The notes under the pieces are model-generated. The model was not told where the DNA came from, did not search any database, and worked only from the letters and a program-made list of their open reading frames with translations. The translations under genes and the position numbers were made by a program. A DNA stretch of 60,580 bases, the filler included. It is 7 parts of 7 records of this genome, joined end to end, with 100 filler letters (N's around TTAATTAATTAA, not from the genome) between each part and the next. Parts side by side here need not be neighbours in the genome. Positions count along the whole stretch, not along the records: positions 53,648 to 60,580 come from SRR31156797_62926; 6 more parts are not named here. One strand, given 5' to 3'. This document shows positions 55,351-60,580 of this stretch, piece by piece; position 1 is the stretch's first letter; each line of letters begins with the position of its first letter.

Positions 55351-56388
55351 CTATTTTACAAACGGATAATTTTCAATTTCAGCTTCGGTAAACGGCAGCC
55401 ACGAAAGCGTTTTTTCCTCTTCCACCATTTTGTCGAACATAAAAGAGTTGGTTCCGTAAGTGAGTGTTTTGGAGTCGTACCCGAACAAACGTAAATATGC
55501 GGTAACAAAACCCGAATTGTGACCGGTATTGCAGTAAATTACAACTTCATCGCCGGCAGGAATGGTTTGCATTTCAGTTACAATCCCCAGTGTTCCGTTA
55601 GGTTTATAACGAATAGCACCCGGAATATGTCCGGCTTCATATTTGTCACGCCTGTCGTAATTTATTGTATAGAAATTTTCAGGCTTTTCAAAAACCTCTT
55701 CAGCCGATATTAATGCATCGGAATAACCGGCAGCAAAAAGTGCATTTATTCTTTCTTCAAGAATTTCTTCTCCGGTAGCTTTCCCGGTATTTAATTTCGG
55801 AAAGTCATTTACGGCAGCTTTTTCATTGTCGGTTAATTCCAGCCGATCCTGATAATCGGAAGAAACTACATTTAACCACGAATCGGTTGCAAAATTTTTA
55901 TTCCAGCCACTCATTCCCCATCGCATAGCATAAACATTACCATATCCGGAAAGCCGCAATAAAGAAGCAGAATAGCTGGCAATTTGCCCGGCATAACAAA
56001 CAAGAATAATTTTGTCGAATTCAAAGGGCTTTATTTCAGCACTAAAATAGTTGGGTAAATCGCTAAAATTAACATTTACTGCACTTTTTATATGGCCGTT
56101 TGCATACGTTTCTTCTTCCCGCAAATCAATAATATGAATGTTGCCTTCCAGCTCTTCATAAACCGATGATGGTTTTATTAACGATGGGAAATTCCGGCTG
56201 TTTACATAATCGCCCATTTCGTTTAACGTTTGCATTAACAACCGGGCTTCGTTGTTTATTTCAATTGGTTCAATCGTTTTTACTTCCGCTGTTGTAGTTT
56301 CCTGCTGTGGTTTTTTGCCTGTGCAGGAAGCAAATATTACTGCAAAAAGGAATACTGAAATGTATGATATTGTTTTTCGTTGAATCAT
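55351..56388 (-). CDS. Tandem-rhodanese lipoprotein (sulfurtransferase)
   Basis: Lipobox FASC; domain 1 IIDLR..GHIKSAVN..VCYAGQ; domain 2 GHIPGAI..YCNTGH. Confidence 0.88.
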   Translation of the reverse strand: MIQRKTISYISVFLFAVIFASCTGKKPQQETTTAEVKTIEPIEINNEARLLMQTLNEMGDYVNSRNFPSLIKPSSVYEELEGNIHIIDLREEETYANGHIKSAVNVNFSDLPNYFSAEIKPFEFDKIILVCYAGQIASYSASLLRLSGYGNVYAMRWGMSGWNKNFATDSWLNVVSSDYQDRLELTDNEKAAVNDFPKLNTGKATGEEILEERINALFAAGYSDALISAEEVFEKPENFYTINYDRRDKYEAGHIPGAIRYKPNGTLGIVTEMQTIPAGDEVVIYCNTGHNSGFVTAYLRLFGYDSKTLTYGTNSFMFDKMVEEEKTLSWLPFTEAEIENYPFVK

Positions 56389-56407
56389 TATCTTTTGGGT
56401 GATATTG

Positions 56408-57463
56408 TTAACTGTTATTTTCAACCGGAGTCATATCTTTATCATATTGTACGGTTTCAATACGGCGGCCTTTTTCATCGTATTTATATTCAACTATGGC
56501 AACTCCGTTGTTTGGATTGTTTACAATGTTTTTGTTTTTATCCATTGAAATACTTTTTACCATAGCGCCATGCTGGTCATATTCATTTTTTGTAACCGGA
56601 ACATTTTTTCCGCCCAAATATTCATCATCCTGATCGAATACAGCCGTTTCAACAACATACCCGTTCTCATTAACCACATTTTTTCTTTTTGCCCAACCCC
56701 AGTATAAATTTGAAAGCTGCCCCACTGTGTTGTGAACAGAAAAAGTTAATAAATCGCCATTGGTATTATTTTCAAAAAGGAAATAAGAAACACCAATATC
56801 GCCGCAGTTTTCAGCGGTACAATTGTATAGTGAATCGGCTTCGTAATTTGCCATTCGGGTTACAAAGTTATTTTCATCGTACGAAAATCTGAGTTCGTAA
56901 AATGGGCAAAAAGGATTCATAATTACCTCTTCTTCAGCCAAATTGTATCTCAATTCCTGAATCATTCCATTCTCTAGTTCTGTCCAGACATAATTGTGAA
57001 TGTTATTTCTGTTCTCAACAGGTTCCCCATTTTCGTCAAGAAAACGCATGGCTACTCTTGTCCCCTCATCGTTTAAGGTAAATTCAAAAACCGAAGCTCC
57101 TCCATTTTGCGACGGTTCATCATTTTCATCAAAAAAATGTTTAAGTTGTTTATTCCCTTCGTAGGTATAGGTAATTTTTGCAGCTCGTAGGTTTGAATAC
57201 CCCAACAAAACTCCGTCGCGGTTGTATTCTATCGATTCGAGTTGGTTGTTGTCGTTCCAGGTAAATTTATAGTTGTTTATTGTTTCGGCCTCATCTGCCG
57301 AAATTGAATGAATACCCTTTTCCATATCCCAGGGTGTTTCACTAAACAACAGGTGCCTGTAGTATTTTACATTTTCCTGCGCTTCATTTTGGGCAGGTTT
57401 TGGATTACACGAACTAACTCCGGCAATTACAATTGCCATTAAAAACAGATGTACAAATTTCAT
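56408..57463 (-). CDS. Hypothetical lipoprotein with YD-like beta-hairpin repeats
   Basis: Lipobox VSSC; repeats such as FSYDENN, NEYDQHG, YKYDEKG, FFDEND, FLDENG. Confidence 0.72.
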   Translation of the reverse strand: MKFVHLFLMAIVIAGVSSCNPKPAQNEAQENVKYYRHLLFSETPWDMEKGIHSISADEAETINNYKFTWNDNNQLESIEYNRDGVLLGYSNLRAAKITYTYEGNKQLKHFFDENDEPSQNGGASVFEFTLNDEGTRVAMRFLDENGEPVENRNNIHNYVWTELENGMIQELRYNLAEEEVIMNPFCPFYELRFSYDENNFVTRMANYEADSLYNCTAENCGDIGVSYFLFENNTNGDLLTFSVHNTVGQLSNLYWGWAKRKNVVNENGYVVETAVFDQDDEYLGGKNVPVTKNEYDQHGAMVKSISMDKNKNIVNNPNNGVAIVEYKYDEKGRRIETVQYDKDMTPVENNS

Positions 57464-57583
57464 TTTTATTATTTTAAGATGATTAATTCTTTTTATTACT
57501 GTCCATAAACAGTTAACAAATTGAAATGTTTAACAAATTGATGAATTAGTTTAAAGAAAAATGTAGTATTAACTTTGTAATTT

Positions 57584-58009
57584 TTAGGAATTTACCATCC
57601 ACTTTGAAAAGACATCAAGATAGCTCCAGAACGATTGTGCAACATGCTCGGGCAAATCGAGTTTATGCAAAACTGTTTTGTAACAATTCAACCATTCCTG
57701 GCGTGCTTCGGCAGTAATTTTATGTGGCAGGTGGCGTTGGTAAAGTTTTGGTTTTCCGCGATGTTTGTTAAAATACATGGGGCCGCCACAAATTTGAATA
57801 AAGAAATCGGCCGAATGTTCCTTTGCTTTATCAAGCGCTACCGGATTTTTTGGGAAAAGCTCCTTAATTGAGCTTTGCGCAAGTAAATCGTAATGTTCGG
57901 TTACCATTTTTCGCATTCCTTCTTCACCTAAAATGGTTAACAATTCGGTAGAGGGCAACTTAACTTCGGGGCGTAATCCGGGTGTATATTTCGAAATTAA
58001 AAATTCCAT
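57584..58009 (-). CDS. Truncated (2/2) haemoglobin-like globin
   Basis: LGEEG.RK.V..HY, FFIQICGGP.YF..RG.P.L..RH, ITAEAR.EWL.C. Confidence 0.85.
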   Translation of the reverse strand: MEFLISKYTPGLRPEVKLPSTELLTILGEEGMRKMVTEHYDLLAQSSIKELFPKNPVALDKAKEHSADFFIQICGGPMYFNKHRGKPKLYQRHLPHKITAEARQEWLNCYKTVLHKLDLPEHVAQSFWSYLDVFSKWMVNS

Positions 58010-58126
58010 TTGTCTGTAATCGTTTTCATAATAAACAAATGGAATTAAAAGAGGTTGAGTTTTTTATTAAAATCCGGTCATTTATATTTTATTCAACATT
58101 GATTTTTATGACCGGGATTAAAGATT

Positions 58127-58999
58127 TTATTTAATTGGCACGTAAATTTCTGTTTTTAATTTTTCGGGAGCTGTGTCTTCCGGAGCATTTAAATATTTCT
58201 CGAAACTTTGTACGTTTCGTAATTCATTTCCATTTTCGGGAAGCCACTTTCCGAAAATATAATCGTAGCTGTTTTCCAGTTTTTCGTAGGGTCCTTTGTG
58301 CGTAAAAACGGCAAATTTTCCACCCTCTACTTCCTGAACACCAATTTCACCTTCCGGTTTTACATCTTTCGAAATTGCCACACAGGCATCGTAACGCAGT
58401 TTATTGGCATCGGTAATTTTCGGATCGTCGTGGCTAATTCCAATAAATTCGGTTTTAAATCCAAAGAGTTTTTTGATTTTTGCAAATTCACAAACTGTAT
58501 TCCAGGCTTTTTCGGCACTTTGGTTGTAATTTCCGATTGCACGCGCATAAATTACTTTTTTGGGCTTAACAGTTTTAAATTTTGGATTCAGGCTTTTTAG
58601 ATTTTCAATGGCATTAAATTTTATCTTCGAACTTTTTAATTTGATTGTTAATTCGTTGTTTTTGCGGTATTCAGCTGGCGAAATCCCAAATCGTTTTTTG
58701 AACGCTTTATTAAACGAAGACGGATTTTCGTAACCCACATTAAATGCAATGTTGTTAATTGCTTCATTTGAATATAAAAGAAGGCTGACTGCTGTTTCCA
58801 GTCGCAAACGAATAATAAATGCACCAAGTGATTCGCCTAAATATGCCCGCATAATCCGGTGAAAATGAAAAGTGGAATAGTTCCCAATTTCGGCCAGTTT
58901 GGTAACATCCAGATTCTCGTCTAAATGATTATTTACATGGTGAATCACTTTGTTTATCCGTTCGTAATAGAATTCCTGCGTTCCTGCTTTTACATTCAT
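58127..58999 (-). CDS. AraC-family regulator with GyrI-like effector domain
   Basis: STFHFHRI, IAFNVGYENPSSFNKAFKKRFGISP, DDPKIT..LRYDAC, HKGPYE, TEIYVP. Confidence 0.93.
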   Translation of the reverse strand: MNVKAGTQEFYYERINKVIHHVNNHLDENLDVTKLAEIGNYSTFHFHRIMRAYLGESLGAFIIRLRLETAVSLLLYSNEAINNIAFNVGYENPSSFNKAFKKRFGISPAEYRKNNELTIKLKSSKIKFNAIENLKSLNPKFKTVKPKKVIYARAIGNYNQSAEKAWNTVCEFAKIKKLFGFKTEFIGISHDDPKITDANKLRYDACVAISKDVKPEGEIGVQEVEGGKFAVFTHKGPYEKLENSYDYIFGKWLPENGNELRNVQSFEKYLNAPEDTAPEKLKTEIYVPIK

Positions 59000-59085
59000 T
59001 TTGGTGAATTAATTTCAATCAAAAATAGAGTTCCATAATAAAATCTAATTTTCCATTCTTGCTAAATTATAAAATGATTTGTTGT

Positions 59086-59787
59086 TTAGAAATCGGCAAA
59101 AGCCAGAGTGGCGATACTAACTTTAGTTCCTTTTATTTTTAATAGTTGAATTGCACAGGCTTCAAGGGTAGAACCGGTGGTAACAACATCGTCGATAATC
59201 AGAATATGTTTTCCTTCAAATTCTTTTGGATTATTTATTCCAAAAATGCCTTCTACATTTTGCCAACGTTCAAAGCGGCTTTTTCGGGTTTGGGTAGAAG
59301 TATAAACTTTTCTGAACAAATTATTTGAATTCACCGGTAATTCCATTGCATTGGCAATTCCATTGGCAATACTTTTACTCTGGTTAAATCCGCGTTTTTT
59401 GAATTTCCTGGGGTGCAAAGGAACCGGGATAATCACATTAATATCTTTAAATCCCGAAGCTTCTTTTAGCAAAAAACCAAAACGTTTTCCGGATTCGAAG
59501 CCAAGATCTTCCAATCCTCGGTATTTTATAAAATGGATGAGCTTTTGATATCGGCTGCCCTTTTTATATGAAAAATAGGAAGTGGCATTTTCAATATGTA
59601 CTCTTCCCCAGAATAGCTGGGCAACTTTATTATTTAATTCATGCTGGAAATTTGTAACCGGTAAATCAAGCCAGCAATTCATGCATATAAACGAATCTTG
59701 TGAAATGAGCCGGTCGCCGCAGGTAATACAAAGCGATGGAAAAAACAATTCAATAAAATTGTTGAAGTTTTGGGTTAACTTTCTCAT
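59086..59787 (-). CDS. comF: ComF-family protein (double Zn ribbon + PRTase)
   Basis: FPSLCITCG..ICMNC, IPVPLH..RGFNQS, LIIDDVVTTGST. Confidence 0.9.
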   Translation of the reverse strand: MRKLTQNFNNFIELFFPSLCITCGDRLISQDSFICMNCWLDLPVTNFQHELNNKVAQLFWGRVHIENATSYFSYKKGSRYQKLIHFIKYRGLEDLGFESGKRFGFLLKEASGFKDINVIIPVPLHPRKFKKRGFNQSKSIANGIANAMELPVNSNNLFRKVYTSTQTRKSRFERWQNVEGIFGINNPKEFEGKHILIIDDVVTTGSTLEACAIQLLKIKGTKVSIATLAFADF

Positions 59788-59993
59788 AGTGTTTTTAAGG
59801 TACAAATAATTTATGAAAAAGGGATAAAAGGATTTATGTAAATCTCTTTGTTTTTTTGTAATAAAACTTTAATAGTCAATTAATTGAATTGCAATTGAAT
59901 TACTGTTTTTAATGAATAATTTGCAGCTGTTTTTAAATGCACATTTAGAAAATTTATCCCTCCCTCTCTATTTCTTTCTTGAAATTGTTCCCG

Positions 59994-60022
59994 GGTTGTC
60001 TTTATCAAGGCAACCTTTTTTT
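59994..60022 (+). terminator. Orphan Rho-independent terminator (+ strand)
   Basis: GGTTGTCTT-TATC-AAGGCAACC followed by T7; no + strand CDS directly upstream. Confidence 0.65.
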
Positions 60023-60247
60023 AATCCATAAAAATGAATTTCCGTGTTGATAATTATACATTTTATTTATTTTGAATTGTGTCAAATAGAAGTGTTTTAG
60101 TGGTGAGTTTTCTGCCGTTTTTGTACGTAAAGTTTAATGTTTCTAAATATCGTTAATTCAAATAAATTATATTAATAACCTGTGTTAATTTATTAAATTT
60201 GGGGCACTTAATCGAAACAAGAACCTAAGTAACTAAACCATTTTATA

Positions 60248-60580
60248 ATGCTTTCAAGAGTAGGATCATATCTAAAAAGAAAAATTCTTCTGATTGTTTT
60301 TTTAGGATTTGTGTTGGGAATTGGAATTACGTTGTTGTCGCACAAGGTCATTAAAACAACATCAACAAACGAATCGTGTGAAATGTGTCATGTGCACCCA
60401 CATGTTTTTGAATCATGGAAATTATCGGTTCATAGCGATACAAGAGTTGGTGTCAAAGTCGGTTGTGTCGAATGTCATCTTCCTCCGGAAGGACAGGGGT
60501 ATTTAAAGGAAAAAATGAAAGCTTTTGCCAGAGATGCTTATGGTTTTGTGTTTAAAGACAGTGCCGATTTTAACTGGGAA
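60248..60580 (+). CDS. NapC/NirT-type membrane-anchored multiheme cytochrome c, runs off the window end
   Basis: Translated by hand: MLSRVG..TM..TSTNESCEMCH..SWKLSVH..GCVECHLPP; TAAATTTG (Bacteroidota -7 element) at 60194-60201. Confidence 0.85.
   Translation, partial: MLSRVGSYLKRKILLIVFLGFVLGIGITLLSHKVIKTTSTNESCEMCHVHPHVFESWKLSVHSDTRVGVKVGCVECHLPPEGQGYLKEKMKAFARDAYGFVFKDSADFNWE

Noticed and set aside
41232..56388. Selenocysteine or pyrrolysine read-through in the sulfur-related genes
   Set aside because: These ORFs appear complete at their stops, and I saw no in-frame TGA/TAG at catalytic positions; the rhodanese loops encode Gly, Ser or Cys
60309..60506. 65-aa Cys-rich ORF
   Set aside because: Out-of-frame overlap with the cytochrome c gene starting at 60248

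Overview
This window is not one locus. It is seven assembly fragments joined by identical artificial 100-nt spacers (N44-TTAATTAATTAA-N44) at 10165, 22585, 33955, 39868, 45767 and 53548; the taxonomic guesses below are inferred from gene content and composition. (1) 1-10164 and (2) 10265-22584 look spirochaetal: OppA, an aldo/keto reductase, an SLT, a DAHP synthase-prephenate dehydratase fusion, a DGC, citrate synthase, trmB, two histidine kinases, mfd, metK, amrS and a partial tRNA. (3) 22685-33954 and (4) 34055-39867 look alphaproteobacterial: two tripartite tricarboxylate transporter (TTT) sets with catabolic genes, then ppiD/tpiA-secG-pyrG-kdsA-eno. (5) 39968-45766 is Desulfobacterota-like: partial tRNA-Ser, a PPIase, and a larE-hydantoinase A-like-HDAC-like-hypothetical run. 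(6) 45867-53547 is possibly a planctomycete: lysine 2,3-aminomutase with a long upstream region, two tandem paralogue pairs, an acyltransferase, a POT transporter and YgiQ. (7) 53648-60580 is AT-rich and Bacteroidota-like: YeeE/YedE, three rhodanese-fold proteins, a repeat lipoprotein, a truncated globin, AraC-GyrI, ComF and a NapC/NirT-type cytochrome. I saw no CRISPR array, transposase, integrase or phage gene. The best candidates for uncharacterised systems are: an envelope sulfur-relay cluster with a rhodanese that lacks its loop Cys but ends in a SoxY-like GGCE tail; a HyuA-like ATPase coupled to an HDAC-fold amidohydrolase next to a lone LarE; the kamA/ablA upstream region (palindrome inside the promoter, possible leaderless uORF); and tandem Zn-ribbon membrane genes, each followed by a copy of a 32-bp promoter element.
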